Assembly: GCA_030141605.1 (NCBI GenBank) | Contig: JAQGDQ010000526.1 | Coordinates: 84,804-148,803 of the forward strand | Origin: Tubiluchus corallicola | Lineage: Eukaryota; Animalia; Priapulida | Direction of reading: 5' to 3' | DNA length: 64,000 nt | Shown: positions 17,801 through 31,417 of the stretch, one piece after another | How positions within the stretch are numbered: the first letter of the stretch is position 1 | Layout: every line of letters begins with the position of its first letter | The notes under the pieces: generated by a model | What the model was told of the DNA's origin: nothing | Seen by the model: only the letters and a program-made list of their open reading frames with translations | Databases searched by the model: none | Position numbers and translations under genes: made by a program

Positions 17801-20800
17801 TTTCTGCATAATATCTACAAAAGCTGTTGTACAAACCTGCATGGAAGTCTGCAATTACAATCTCTAGGAGACAGAGAGGAAAAGCTTGAAGCACAGGCGC
17901 GGTTTTCTGCAAAAGAAATGCATAAAAATCTAATTAGCTTACTCCCCTTTTCTCACATTTTCAAGTTTTCACCTCTCGTGACTGCTCCCCGCATACTTCT
18001 GCATATGACACTACAATTTAGTGTACGTCAGTAATCCACATAAATGTGCCAAACGTATTAAAACCACTCTGGTATTTATAATGCCCGATTGCCAATGCAC
18101 TGTTATTAGTAGGTAGAAATAAATGAAAAATGTGAAATATTAAGCATATTAGAACAAAAATAAAGAATTAAAGGACTTACATGCTAGCTATTTGCAGACA
18201 AATCTTGTATTAGCAGTAACACTGCACGAGACTTGTAAATTTAAACTCCCATGCTGACGGCTAGACGCAGCCATTTTAACAGTCAATCTTTGAATAAGAA
18301 ATTTAAGCAAACTAAAATAGGTAAGCTTTTGGTGAGCTAGTGAGTTTTTTGGTACACACTGAAATAGCGAGCCAATGACGTTTAAGCAGTTTACACGAGC
18401 ATTTTAAATTAATAAGAATTTTCTTTTCTAGTTACATATGTTTTTCAAGCTGGTAAGCATAATATTTAATAATATAATTTTGTGTAGAAAGCGTATAAAC
18501 ATAATTATTAATTTTTCTTGACAGTATCCTTACCTTTAGTTGTGCAGATAGACACATGATTCTTTCTAAGAGTTGGGTAATAATAGTTATGAATAATGCA
18601 GCCACACGTTGTAAGCATTTTGTTGACAATGCAATTTTCGGTGCAAGCCTAAAAATGTTATCCATAATATTGTAAAAGTTCTTCATAAACAACAAGGACC
18701 GACAACAAGTACATGGTCCAGAAGAAAAATAAATTTCTTTAAAAAAATGCATCTATTTTAAAAGTTTGATCTAGGAACGAAAGTCACACAGCTATAAATT
18801 GATTTTATGATCTCATCGGAGAAGGCAGTTTAATTTGGGCATGCAGTGGACACACTGTTTTTCGTAATTATCAAATTCAAACAGTGAAATAAATATCACG
18901 ATTAAAGGTATTCCTTTCAGAAAGGAAAAGCTTTATATATTATTTATATTCACACCTTTTGAAAGTGCAACTCTTCCTTTTAAAATAGAGGCTGTTGTGC
19001 TGCTATGACTGCAAATGCTGTTCTCATGCAGCTAGGTCTTTTAGAGTATATTGCACTGCATTTGCATGAATGAGCATGCAATGTACTGCCGCACAGCAAT
19101 ATGTCCTGCTGCAGGGAGGGCAATGGTTACTATTAATGACACTTGTTTTCATCTTTTATGTTTCTATGTTTTGTAAACAACACAAATGTTGTCTGTTATT
19201 CAATCTACTTCAAAAAGAAATGTCTGCAACCGTTTTGATCAAAAAATTAATACAAATTGCCATTTTGGCAGTAGGCCTATTATTGGTACTGACGTATATT
19301 GTTACAATTATGTAAATATTTATATCTTGAGTGCATTTTACCTGATGATCAAACACATTTTACAAATAAAAGACTCAGTTTGAGCTAGACAAACAGAATA
19401 AAGGACTGACTGATTCTTAAAAGTTGAAGTACACTAATCCGAAAAATAATCATATCCGTTTCGCCATCATTCAATTTTAAAGACCTATTTGACAAACACG
19501 AATTTCAAAGGCACAATTTTGCAGAATTTTCGGGATGTGTCAACATCATCTGAATTACTAGTTTCTACACAAAGATATAACTCCGAATTTCATCCACATG
19601 AAAATGGAGAGCAACACCGTAAAACCTGCGAATATGAAAAAGTGGGGCAGTGTAAATGGAAAAAAAAGCATATAGAACCTAAAACCAATTTACGTGACAA
19701 TCTCTGTGCAGCACGCCACTTCCGAATCATTTCAGGAGATCTGGTTCTACTAATACTAACCAAGTGTTTTCTATTAAACAGGTAAGACCTAATTAAATCA
19801 AGTGCAGTGCTATGTGACACCTGCTGTGAAGTCTGCTCAGAAGCACGCCAAGCGGCTGACAAATCCAATGTTAAAAGCGCAAAAGCTAATGCTTGCTCCA
19901 TTTGTTGTAATAGCAAATTTTTGTTTGAGATGAATATGCTAATTTGTTTGATTAATGAACATGTCAACGCTCTAAAGTGATGCTCTTTTCCGAAATTTTC
20001 TAGCAAACAATTGTCCAGTGTAATTAAATGCCTCTCCTACAGGAACAACAAAAAAGTAAAGCCTTGTCTGTGACACAGCTCGGTTGCTAATGCTGTTAGG
20101 TTCAAATAATCTTTGACGCTTTCATTATAATCACCATTGGTTTAAACTCTAAAAAGTTCATTGAAATATTTGTTCAAAGAAAGAAAACAAGAGAAAGGAG
20201 ACCAAAAAAGAAAAGAAGATGCAAGAGGAAGATAAAAAAGTTAATGATTTGCAGTAGTACTACAAAGGGACATGGCCAGGTTTGAAAGTTAAGGTGAGCA
20301 AGCACGTTATAATGATAACAGTGACACGTGCCAGGCAATAATTAATGCATTGATTATACATTTTAATTTTGTGTCTAAAATCAACACAGGGGGAAGACAC
20401 AACATTAAAGGAAGTATATAATTGCTATTTTGTATTTAAAATAAAACGCAAAAAAAGTTTTACAGTAAGCTCTTAGATCTTATAATACAACAAAAACGTG
20501 TCTGTTATTATTATTATTTGCAAAAATGAAATTAAGAGTTAAAAAATTGTTAAACAGGATTGTTAATTCTGAAAAATGTGCTTGGGGGAGCGATAGCTCT
20601 CCTTGCTCCTATAAAGGCAAAAGCAAATTTAGACAAAATGGTTTATTCAGACTTCATACCTTAGTGTTGTACTGTTCTTCAGGAAAAAGGGTAACATTAT
20701 CATAAATATCACTTCCATCAGTGCAATTGCCATAAGGAATTTTCTCCAAAGAGACATTTGTCTGAAATATAAATCTGCAGATTGTAAAAAAATCTCCGTG

Positions 20801-23276
20801 TTCGTAAGTAATTGATATATACATCATATATCATGTGTTTCATAAGTTTACCTTTATTCAATTTAAATGTCTGATAAAAAAAACAAGAGGCAGTTATAGC
20901 CTGAATCACTCGCTATTTTCAATGTAAATCACTAAAAAATTAATTTCCAACTGTGATGTTGAGAAAGGTTTATTTTACCATTGTAAGACCAGAAACTGTT
21001 GCATATCCAGGTTGAATGTCGAAGCCACTTTCTGCTGGAAAAGGTGTGTTCCCTGGATTGTGAATCACCACGTGGACTCCAGATTCACTAACTGATTTCA
21101 GATAATCATATACATTGAGAAAAAGAGTCACGGATAACCCTAGCAAGAATAAAGTTAATGCTGTTTTTGTTACGAATCTTTTTTGCATACAGTACAGTAA
21201 TTTCAAATTCGAGAATTATCGTTAAAAGGTGCTTTAGAAACATTAAATGGGCTTACTTGTGGAGCTCTGAAAATCAACGAAATTTTTGTAATTTGAAACT
21301 TATAGTGCAAAAAGTCACCTATTGTACCCGTCATTACCTTTATTTGCTCCTGCCCTTCTCACACTTCGTGTTTTAGTAGCACGTGGTGTGTTGCTATATC
21401 CATCATTGAATGTAAAACATCTGCCAAAACTTGGGTCATCTATTGCTTTAAATTCCCTGTAAGAAGTTACACAGACTATACCTAGCACACTACAGAAGTT
21501 TATTGAACTACTACGAATTTATTTTCACACATCAAAATACAATATCATACACATTAACACATTAATAAACTTTAAATAAAATGATTTAAACAAAATTCGT
21601 TGATGTTTAAAGAATGAACTGAAATGAATTTTCTTTAATTCCAATTGATAAAATTATCATCTCTGTAGTGCTTTATCGTTAGTGGCGATCGATGAGTGAC
21701 TGTGGTGACTGACAGTGTAAAATTATTCTGATTACTAAATCTGTGTTTTTATTTAATGGTTATTAAAAGCAGACCTAATTCTTTCAAAAGCTGTACAAAA
21801 TTTATTTTGCACAATGAATAAAAACAGCATTTAGGCAGAACTGCAATAGTATATAATTGTTTACTGTGACTAGTTGATGTTTCATGGTTTATTCCATCGT
21901 GTATAAGCAAATGCAGCACCGCCACGCCATTGCGACGACTTGTGCACTGATGGTGCATCACATTCTTTGATTTGTAAAACAGAAACAGAAGACAAGATAT
22001 CAGCTGTTTTATCGTGTTCGCAATTTATCATCAGCATTTTATGATAATTTTAGCATATAGCGAAATATTCAGGTTATTATAATTTTTACAAAATGCGATA
22101 GTTATTAAAAAAGTAACTTCAGTAAATCTCTTAGTGATTACAACTGAAGTTCAGCAGCGAACGAACTTTTGCTGATATTTGGGGAAAGAAGTCGGCGTTC
22201 CGAATATTCGGTGCATCCCTAGGACCCAATTGGAAAGGAGCAAAAACAGAACATAGTGAGAAAAGACACTAGAGAAAGGTAAAAGAATCTGGCAGAATGT
22301 AAAAAAGAGCATAACTCTTGCGAATGTTACACAAATGAAAAACTAAATAAAATTGGAAACTACTTTGATATGTCACAAGCAACGCCCATCCAAGTGCAGT
22401 TAATGATAAATTGCTGTGGCGAGGCACTAACAATGTCTTTTAGTGTTATGTTCGTATTAACTTTCATCAGAACCTCTGCAACATCAGCAATTTCCTCGTC
22501 AAAATACACTACAGTTTTCACATAATCACCGTCAGTCTGGAAAAAATTATAAAATAAAATTTTAAGGAATATACTAAGCTTATAGCTTGCTAAGTTTGTT
22601 TGTGTACAATATCTGAATTGTCTAGACAAATAAAAAATTCAATGTCAAACACTGCCTCTATTATTTAGTTCTTAATTAACTATACCTTAATTACTGCAAC
22701 TGTCAAAAGGTGTGTGATTTAATTAAACTGACCAGGGTCAACTTAACAGGAATGTACCACTCTATGCAGTATATGCTGTTGCAACCTAAAATGTAAAAGT
22801 TACCAATTTTGTAAAAAAATCTTACCCACTATGGGGTAAAAGCAATGTTTTTGTCAAAAATTTTCCTCCTTTGCAAAAAAAAATTACATCACTAATTTTG
22901 GAAAAGCATTAACAACTTTTGTCAAAACAGTATTTTTGCATTGTAGTGTTCTGACTTGACTGTCTTTTATAGCATAAGTAATTGGTAAGAAACAAATGCA
23001 GATATTAAAATTTCACTCTCATTTCTGTAAGGTACAGCAAACTCCAGCTAGTTCTGACATGTTTTCACGCGTTCTGTTGGGTTACGATTCTCTTCTTATC
23101 CAGGTGAGTAGTATCTAATGGGGGTTCTCTTGCGATACTCAAATAATTGATGTAACTGTTATCACTGGAAATAATTACTAAGTAAGACATACATCATTTT
23201 ACACAATTACTATCAAGAAATTACATTTTTACATTATCACATATGTATATGTAGGTATTATCACGAAGGTCTGAGT

Positions 23277-23373
<97 letters not shown>

Positions 23374-26300
23374 CACAAACAAAATACTTAAAAATATCAT
23401 TATGGTACATTTTGAAAATGATGTTATGAAGCAATTAATACATACAAATAACAAATTCAAGTAGTTTATTGCTGTGAAATTATGAATATCACCTGCACAT
23501 GCAATATTGTGGTAAAGTTATTGCGGCACAGGCTTCAATAAAAAATGTGTTTATTTTTATAAAAACATCAGTCTTAGTGCATTAATTTTTCACGTTGTCT
23601 CAATGCGATATTCAAATACAAATTCTGTAAGTTTGGATTCTTGGATTTAAATTCAAATATCGAAAAATCTTATGATATCTCATTACCAGATTCCTGGAAT
23701 ATTTATACTACTGTCTCGTGTGGAACTGTGTTATCGCAATATTCATGATGACAAAGTATTGTACTCTATTGTGCCATCATGATCATGTAATTCCCGTGCT
23801 GCATGTATTTTGATATCTGGTGTAAATTAATGTGCAAAGGGACAATACTTAATACAAGTGGCAAGTTTTACAAAATCGGTTATTGGTGTTTTTACAAAAT
23901 TGGTGGCTAATCTTTTTTTGCAAAAGCTGGAATTTTTTAACAAAAAAGTCACCCCTACTTTTTGTAGTGACAGGATTTTACAAAAGTGGCTACTATACTA
24001 TTTTTGTAGAAATGGTATATTTTACAAAAGTGGTTGATGTTTTTACAACATTAGTGACCTAGTTTTTTTACAAAGGGGGGAATTTTTCGACAAAAAAGTA
24101 GCCTTTGCGTTTACAATAGTGGGCAAGAGTTTTTACAAAATCAGTGACCTTTTCATGAAAGTGGTTACTTTTTTTACAACAGTGGTTAGTTTTTTTACAA
24201 AAGTGGTTAGTTTTTTTACAAAAGTGGTTACTTTTTTTTACAAAAGTGGTGGTCTCTTACAAAATTGGCAATTTTTATATTTAAGGTTGCTACATATTTA
24301 AACTCGTGTCACCTTTGCATCATATTTACTTGCAATATTGAATACAATTCTTTTTTAGATATACTGCTTCATCGTGATCAGGACGAAATGTCTACATCTG
24401 TTTTTGAGAAGAATACGCTTGCAGGTCTGTGTGCTGATTTTGAATCTTTCGCTTGCAAACAGTTTAAAGGCAAATATTATTTGAACTTTAGTACACAGAT
24501 CTTTTTGTATTTCATCAACATATCAGATATTTCAGGAAAAACTTACTACCGTGAAAAGTTTTTTCAATTTCTAACGGGTTTCCAATGTGGTTAATTCGCA
24601 ATCAAAAATATCTTGATAAAGTTTCTTCCAAAAGAAATCACTGCACTGTCTGTTTCCAAAAAATGGTGTATTTACCTATTTTAGTTCACTGATCCTCAGT
24701 CTTTGCAAGTGAAGAACAAAATTAGTCCTATGGTTGAGCAACATTACCCTCATATTCAATTTGGCCATTTTTGGGCTTTTTCTTTCCAATATTCAAAGCA
24801 CATTCTTACAGTCTGGTGTTGTTTACAGATTTTAGATAGCAGCTCTAATGCTGCTTACCATGTTAAAACATCCAGACATTTTAAAGACAAAATGTGTGAA
24901 CATCTGGGATTTCCTGTAAAACAGGCAAGAAACTAAAACTTCCTCCTCAATCTAGCATTTATCATCATATTTGTGCTTTTAGCCACAAGGCTGATTTCAA
25001 TCATTTCAGCAGTGTGACCTGAGCTACAAATAACTGTTACCTATTAACAAAAGAAAGCTTATCCATGTACCATAACAAGCCTTCTCTTAGTGTACAATGC
25101 AGTTCAATTCCCTTAACCTTGTTTTCAAATACCTAGCTAAAACGTAACTGAGTATCTTTTTCTGCAGGCCTGTTTTTATTACATTTTTGGAATTCTTGTA
25201 GATACATAATTAATGAATATTTGTACTGTAGATTCTGCCTGTAAAACTGGTTGTTGTTTATGTAGTCAACCACACAGAAAATGACTGCTAGACTCTGCAT
25301 AACATATTTGTAACGTATTTTATATTTTAAAGTTTTGACAAAAGTTGTTTCTTTCGATAACTTTAATATATATTGCTAAAGTTGTATCTTTGCACAATTG
25401 GACTTTTACACATTAGTGAACATTCTGCAGGAAAACAAAACGTCGTGTTAATATGTCAGAATTAAAAAATGAAATTCTTAATGTTCATTATCTATTTCCA
25501 GTGTAACCTTTGCTGCTATATTTTTCCAAAAACATAATCTACGTATTTCACTAATTTATCAGTTCACTGCTAACGAACGACCTGCTAGTTTATTCGAAAT
25601 TGTGCACCAAGTTGCCTTCGCACACCTGAGTTTACAATTTACCTGTGTGACCCAGTTAATTTAATTCTTATAGAAGCTGAAATAATGATTGAGATGAGAT
25701 GTTTGAGATGACAATTTTCTGGCAATTTTGTTTCATTATTTTGTTATAAACTAATAAACTAATTAACAATGGGGCAAACACAAGTGATCTTTTGAGCTAT
25801 TTCAGTTGATAATAATCAACTTCTGCAATATTCTGTTATTTCCCCATGTCGGGAGTTTACATTTAACAACGTACACATGGAGTTTACTGGTGTATGAACT
25901 CTTATGACATCTGAAAAAACCTAGCATGTCATATATACAAAGTACATGCAGATGTGTTTGCATGCAAGGCGGTATCATTGAGAATATCAATAAGACTAAC
26001 TACTCTTTAGTAAATTTAGATCAGAAAAGGTTTGATCGGAAAAGCACAGGCACTAAAAGGAGAAACAGCTCAAGATTCATGTACAAGCCAAGAATCTGCT
26101 TGGCTCCTTTCGTTCCACACAAACCACACGACTTAAAGCTAAAGAAACAGACTGCTGTGTCAACAACAACAATGAAAAAAAACAACAATCGTTTATTGAA
26201 AAGGCTGACTTACCCATGGGTGGTAATCATAAGAATTGTATTCATCTGAATCATCTGTTACATTTGCAGTTAGATTTTGTTCTTGGAGGTATTTTGATGA

Positions 26301-26567
26301 AGACACTGGGTTTTTGTTGCAAACTGTCACAGCAGGAAAGTTCAGCTTACCGTCGTTGCGCACACCTATTGTAACTGTTTTGGGGGAACTGTTAAACTTC
26401 ACAGCAATTTGATAAACCTGTGTACCACTATAAACAACTACACCAATAAACAGAAGTATCCATATTAATCGAACTGTCACATGCGCAGAGAAAAAAGCTC
26501 TGTATATTCCATGAGCAGAAGTGCTAGCAGCAAAATACTGCAAGGGTTTATTCAACGGATCATCCAT
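11813..26567 (-). CDS. DEG/ENaC (ASIC/amiloride-sensitive sodium channel family) subunit, tandem copy A; last exon appears frameshifted (possible pseudogene)
   Basis: Exons in transcript order: 26214-26567, 22364-22536, 21338-21456, 20979-21139, 20660-20761, 18534-18648, 17837-17906, 17525-17582, 14310-14388, 13348-13423, 11813-11988. Motifs: pre-TM1 STSAHG, FPAVTVCN, FGRCFTFN, PYGNC, Cys-rich thumb, CNCRLPC, KLNVYY..L.YQSIEESPAY, TM2 SELGGSLGLCFGCSILTIFEFIE. Phases join except at exon 8/9 (ambiguous) and exon 10/11 (13-nt deletion). Confidence 0.9.
15395..16172. repeat. 39-bp minisatellite, ~20 near-identical units
   Basis: Unit c(c/t)gtccacatccagcacca(g/c)gtcagtgcacatcattgtc; produces 13-aa repeats in four ORF-track frames. 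Confidence 0.97.
19435..20030 (-). mobile_element. Degenerate L2/CR1-type LINE reverse transcriptase fragment (intron 5 of copy A)
   Basis: Frameshifted reading LLTLDLSAA..STALDLIRSYLFNRKHLVSI..VLGS..IYTAPL..LHFHVDE..ELYL..LKLNDGETDMIIF follows the DLSAAFD / SYL..R.Q.V / YADD / LKLN..KTE motif order. Confidence 0.7.
22778..24293. mobile_element. Foldback-type element with internally repetitive inverted arms
   Basis: 22778-22895 is the reverse complement of parts of 24050-24293; right arm built from tttttacaaaagtggt subrepeats; absent from the homologous intron of copy B. Confidence 0.65.
23278..23371. repeat. (ATT)n microsatellite
   Basis: About 31 perfect units. Confidence 0.97.
24330..25125 (+). 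mobile_element. Degenerate Penelope-like retroelement (RT C-terminus plus GIY-YIG endonuclease)
   Basis: SFLDILLHR..STSVFEKNTLAGL..DFESF (Penelope RT thumb: FLDV..TSVYRK.T..G), then AAYHVKTSRHFKDKMCEHLG and ..LTKESLS..KP..S.PLTLF (GIY-YIG C-terminus). Confidence 0.75.
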
Positions 26568-28699
26568 AATTAACAACGCAAAAGCCCATGTGCATTAAGT
26601 TTATAATGGTATCGAGGTATAACGCCTGTTCATTTAATTTTACAGCAAAAACTGAATAACAAAAGCAACCAACTAACTACCAAGATATAACGCCCTATAC
26701 CCAAAGCCAATTTTATAGTGCCTCATTTTTCAACTGCCAACAGTTCATCATAATTAGTTGAGATGGATACACCAGGGGTTGTCTAGCAATATGATTAATA
26801 TGGCCATACTGGTTTCATAAATAAAACAGCTGCAGTTGTATATATAGGTATATGCACATAGGTTCATAAAAGGTATATGCATACACCAAAACAAAGACTA
26901 GTACTGGCCTAAGAGCTGTAGTAAATTAAAACTTTGGCTTATGTTGTCATAAATGAATAGCAACAAACGTATACTATTAATGAATTTTTGATAATGTCAA
27001 AGTAAAATAAATTACAAATATATATAAATATACACTGCTTATATTTTCCAGTTGTAAATGCATTTAAACACCAATTGTAAAAACGGACAACAAGATTGTA
27101 TTCATTTGGTCATATACGAATATAACTATTTCTGTAAAAAAAAACTTAAGCAAAAGACAGCCACTGACTAATTAGTTAATTCATGAAGTCCATGTTTCAT
27201 TAGTAGAAACTCAACTACGAAAATTAGTCGAATCAAAAGACCAGAATTGACAATTGACTTGTGCACTGAGACACGACTTACTTACAAATCTCTGCATTAG
27301 TTTTTAGTCAGCTTTTAACATCAATGTTTACAGTCTTGCATCAAATGAACTTGTACGTTGCATCAAATGAACTATACCCTATATAATTCTGTGAACACTC
27401 AAATTTTTGTTTTATTGCAGTCTTTTACTTCAAACACCAAGCGTTTTAAATAGTATTCCATAGCAACAGTGTTTGCTATAAATGAATTTTTGATAAAGTA
27501 TAAACAATGTTTAAATTTTTTGCTTAATACAATATGAATTCATTTAAATAGTTGTAAGCATGCACAGGAATACCGTATTCCTTTGGCCATATACTTACAT
27601 AATAATTTCTATAGAAAAACTAAAGCAAAGGACGGCCACTAACTAATCAGTTAATTAATGAAATCTACATTCCATCTGAGGAATGTGTTAGTAGAAAATC
27701 AACTACCAGATAGAATTTACAAATACTGGATGGTTAACCAATATAATCCATGACTTACTATTAATTTTCTAAAAAGACTGAGAAAGTAACGAAAACAAGA
27801 ATGAAATAGGTAAAAAATAAGCAAACTGTGAAGGGTGTGCTGCAATTAGTATTGGCAACCCGTAAATAGAAACTTATTATGAGCAATTTTGACATAGCTT
27901 AAAAATTCAAATTATCAATTTTGCAAACAAGTTTATACAATATTAACAAAATACAAATTTTTTGCGTGCTCAACAATGCTGTCCTCTCTTGTGTGTGAGA
28001 GTTGATTGATTATGGAAAGCTTGCAAACAGCTAATTAATTATCGGTTTTGATGAGCCTCGTAGATTTGTTTCACTCAATTTTATTATACACGTAGTTTAC
28101 GATATTGATTTTCACGCTAAAGGTAAATTATATGGCGTTATTAAACTCGTGCTAAACCCACGTAATATTACATTCCGTGTAATATTTATGTATGAGATTA
28201 GCGTACGCACATTTCATAGTGGGTGTGATAGACAAATACCACCTTTTCTGTTTTAGTGTATTCATTTAGTGCGTAATCATTAGTGTACTCATGCTTCGTG
28301 AGACTGTTATTCGTGAGAATGAAGCCCGATTTTGGCAATTTGTTGTTGTGTCTAATTTTACACAGAAAATCTTGCATGTTACATGTCAATATAATCAGGA
28401 AATAACAGGCGACACCTAGCCATAAAAACAAAAAGTAGCCCTCAAAACGCATCAATGATAAAAAATACGTATGATCCTTTTTTTATTGTTATACGACATT
28501 TTTTGTTTTCTATAACACCATCAGGAAAACAAAACAACTTAGTTATAGTCAAAAAGAAACTCTGACAATTGTATTTTTGTATGTAATAATTATTTATGCT
28601 ATTACATAAAACAGTGTTACAAATCAAAGCTTCTGTTGTGTCAAACAAAGAATTAGAAAGGGTGTTTCTGTTAGGAGAACTGGACACTGCTGAAAAGTG

Positions 28700-29700
28700 G
28701 CAGCACTTAGTTACAATCTACAATACGAACACTGACAAGAAAACCTGTATAGATTTGATATAGAAGCACAAAGTGAGGTACAGTGTGCATTAAATTTTAG
28801 ATTTAATAGCTTGAAAGAGCAGTTATCGAAGCGTTTATGACGCTGCTTCATTAAAGAAAAACAGGCCAGTTCCTATCCTACAAACATGGAATTGGAGAAG
28901 TAATCTGTTGGCAATAGCTCGTGCATCCTGCAAATGGATTTCGCCGAGAACCATAAATGCCTTTACGAAGACGAATACAATTAGCCCAGTACCATCAAGG
29001 GCAGCTCTCTATTTACTCCATAATGATGTACCCTGCAGAGAAGAGCCTCAATTATGTTAATTGTTACCAGACAACAGAGATGACAAATTAGCTGTTGCCG
29101 CATATTATATCCGACATGTTGAGGTTTAACAAAAGCCGAGTCGCCAAAAGTAGAAAGATTGTAGAAACAGTAAATATAGAGGTTGGTGCATTAGGCCAAT
29201 TTACATGCTTGCCTTCCTTCAAAGGTTAAAAGATAGCTACAACATCGAGTTGGCATGGAGCTACTTCATAGCGAGCCATTGGACAAGCCCAACGATGCTC
29301 TAACAGGAAATATAAAAAAAACTGCTCACAGAATCATTACAGTTTATAGTCATAATATTACTCATGTGTTTGGCTTTTAGCAGGCGGTTTGAGATGCATA
29401 TAACATCTGGATAATATTGATAAAAGAAAAAAAAGGGTTATAAGAATATAGATTTAGAGCAGTTATGGATTGTACCGAACCTTTCATGGTGCAATGGCAA
29501 CCCATTACGTGTAACTACAAAGCAAAAACGCAATCGAGATGATGAACTATGGCAACATTGAAATATCAAAAATTCGAAAGATGAAATATTTGTCAAAATA
29601 AACACAGAGTCTAAATCTTCAACGCCATGTAAAATGATGTTAAAAAACCCGCGAGGGCATGTCTAGGTTGAGGGTGTGACAGACCAACGACAGTATCTGG
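28700..29700 (+). mobile_element. Degenerate DNA transposase remnant (Sola-like), between the two duplicated channel units
   Basis: Frameshifted motifs CILQMDFAENHKCLYEDE.Q..QYHQGQLSIY and WSYFIASH(G)..NDALTGNIKKTAHR resemble, from memory, the DFSENY..DEIQS and FF.TSHGKGP.DG.GG.VK motifs of Sola-type transposases. Confidence 0.55.
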
Positions 29701-30579
29701 TAAAGTATGGATTCAGTGCATGAGGTGGAGTCACAACTTACGTGCTGGAGATGAAAGCGTTAAAGCTGTTGTATTTTGTGTGAAAGATGTTTTTATTGTC
29801 ATCAAACAAAATTGACAAGTTCTTGTTAAATTTAATTGAATGCTAAATATCGCTTTGTATCAGTTTGTGTTATTTTAGGCTTAATTATCTATCTTTGTTT
29901 ATTCAGACAGACGTTTGACGGATGCAAGATGCGCTGTTTTTCGATACTGCCGAGTGAACAAAACATTTTAGCAAAGAACATAGAATGGCTGCTTGATGTT
30001 TGCAGAACTCTTATCTCTTAGCAGGCACCCAGATAAAAATCTCAGATTGCCTGAACCCACTCCTATAGCTTACATACTATACTGGTTAAGTTTCACTTCC
30101 CTACTTTGCCAATTTTTGGCTGCCGACTAGTTTATGCACATAAAGACAAAGCTTGAGTTACAGAGTGGATCCTGGGAGTTGGGAAAACGTTACACCGTTT
30201 TCTACAGCGAAGTGATTAAATACTGGGTTATGGGTCTACTTACAGTTTCATATCTTCAGTCGCGACAGATCGTAAGAGCGAGATGAATATTGTGGTTATA
30301 CCTGCATATGCCAACGTTTTTTTAGATGCCAGAATGCATTTTAATGCATTTTATATAGACCTTATCTGCCAATGTGGAACTATTTTGAAGATCGAGTGAG
30401 TGAAATACCTAGTATCAGAAATATCTAAAAATTCATACTTGATAGCCGAAATGTTCCATTCCACTGGGGTTCTGCATAGAGAGTACGTACATACACTAGC
30501 TACAGGATTAGATAATATTGACTGGAATGTAGCTAATAGTAGTTTTGATTACTTCATTTTACAAGTTTTATTTCAAAGA

Positions 30580-30750
30580 ATAAACATTGCGTATCATACA
30601 AAGAATAAACATTAAGTATCATGTAAAGAATAAGCATTAAGTATCATATAAAGAATAAGCATTAAGTATCATACATGGAATAAACATTGAGTATCATACA
30701 AAATATGACCATTAAAAATCATACAAAGATCAAACATTAAGTATCATGCA
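30580..30750. repeat. ~24-bp tandem repeat downstream of channel copy B
   Basis: aagaataa(a/g)cattaagtatcata units; paralogous to 10985-11135. Confidence 0.8.
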
Positions 30751-31417
30751 AAGTGGCAATTTGCCAATACAAGTTTATTGTGAAACATTAAACTGCAACT
30801 GAGTACTGCATACATCATCTGATATTATTAGGTTTCCTATCAAGAGTAATCTCATTAAATTTTGCTTTGTTATGGTACGCCCTACGCAAATATTTTACAG
30901 TGTGTCAAAATCATTACCTGAGCAATTTCTAAACTGATATGAGCTATGTATATCTATTACAGCGCTCAGTTAGAAGTGCTTGTTTAAGAATTGTTATAAG
31001 TATACCCGGTAAAATGTTCAGTTAGAAAAACTTTGTTACAGTAACTTTAGATTGTTTCATTATAAGATACAACTGTAGTAAATGCAGCACATATTTGTAA
31101 ACATGAACAGCATCAGCAGCCATAAACAAATCCTCCTATCCCACATAACATACCAAAGACAAGCGTAATATCAAATGTAAAGCTGATTATGAATACGCAG
31201 GGTAATTTAGTTGCGTCAAATTGTCAAAAATAAAGGATGCTGTAACAACGGCACGACATAGAATACCTTCTATGGTTTCACGAACTGCAAAGCAAACAAT
31301 AAAAATGTAAAACGTGCTCTGCAAACATGGCTAATTAAGCATTACCAGGTTATGAATTTGCTCAAAAATAGGTTTACCAAGTCTGGTGTCTAGTGCTGCT
31401 TCTGACAATGCTATACA

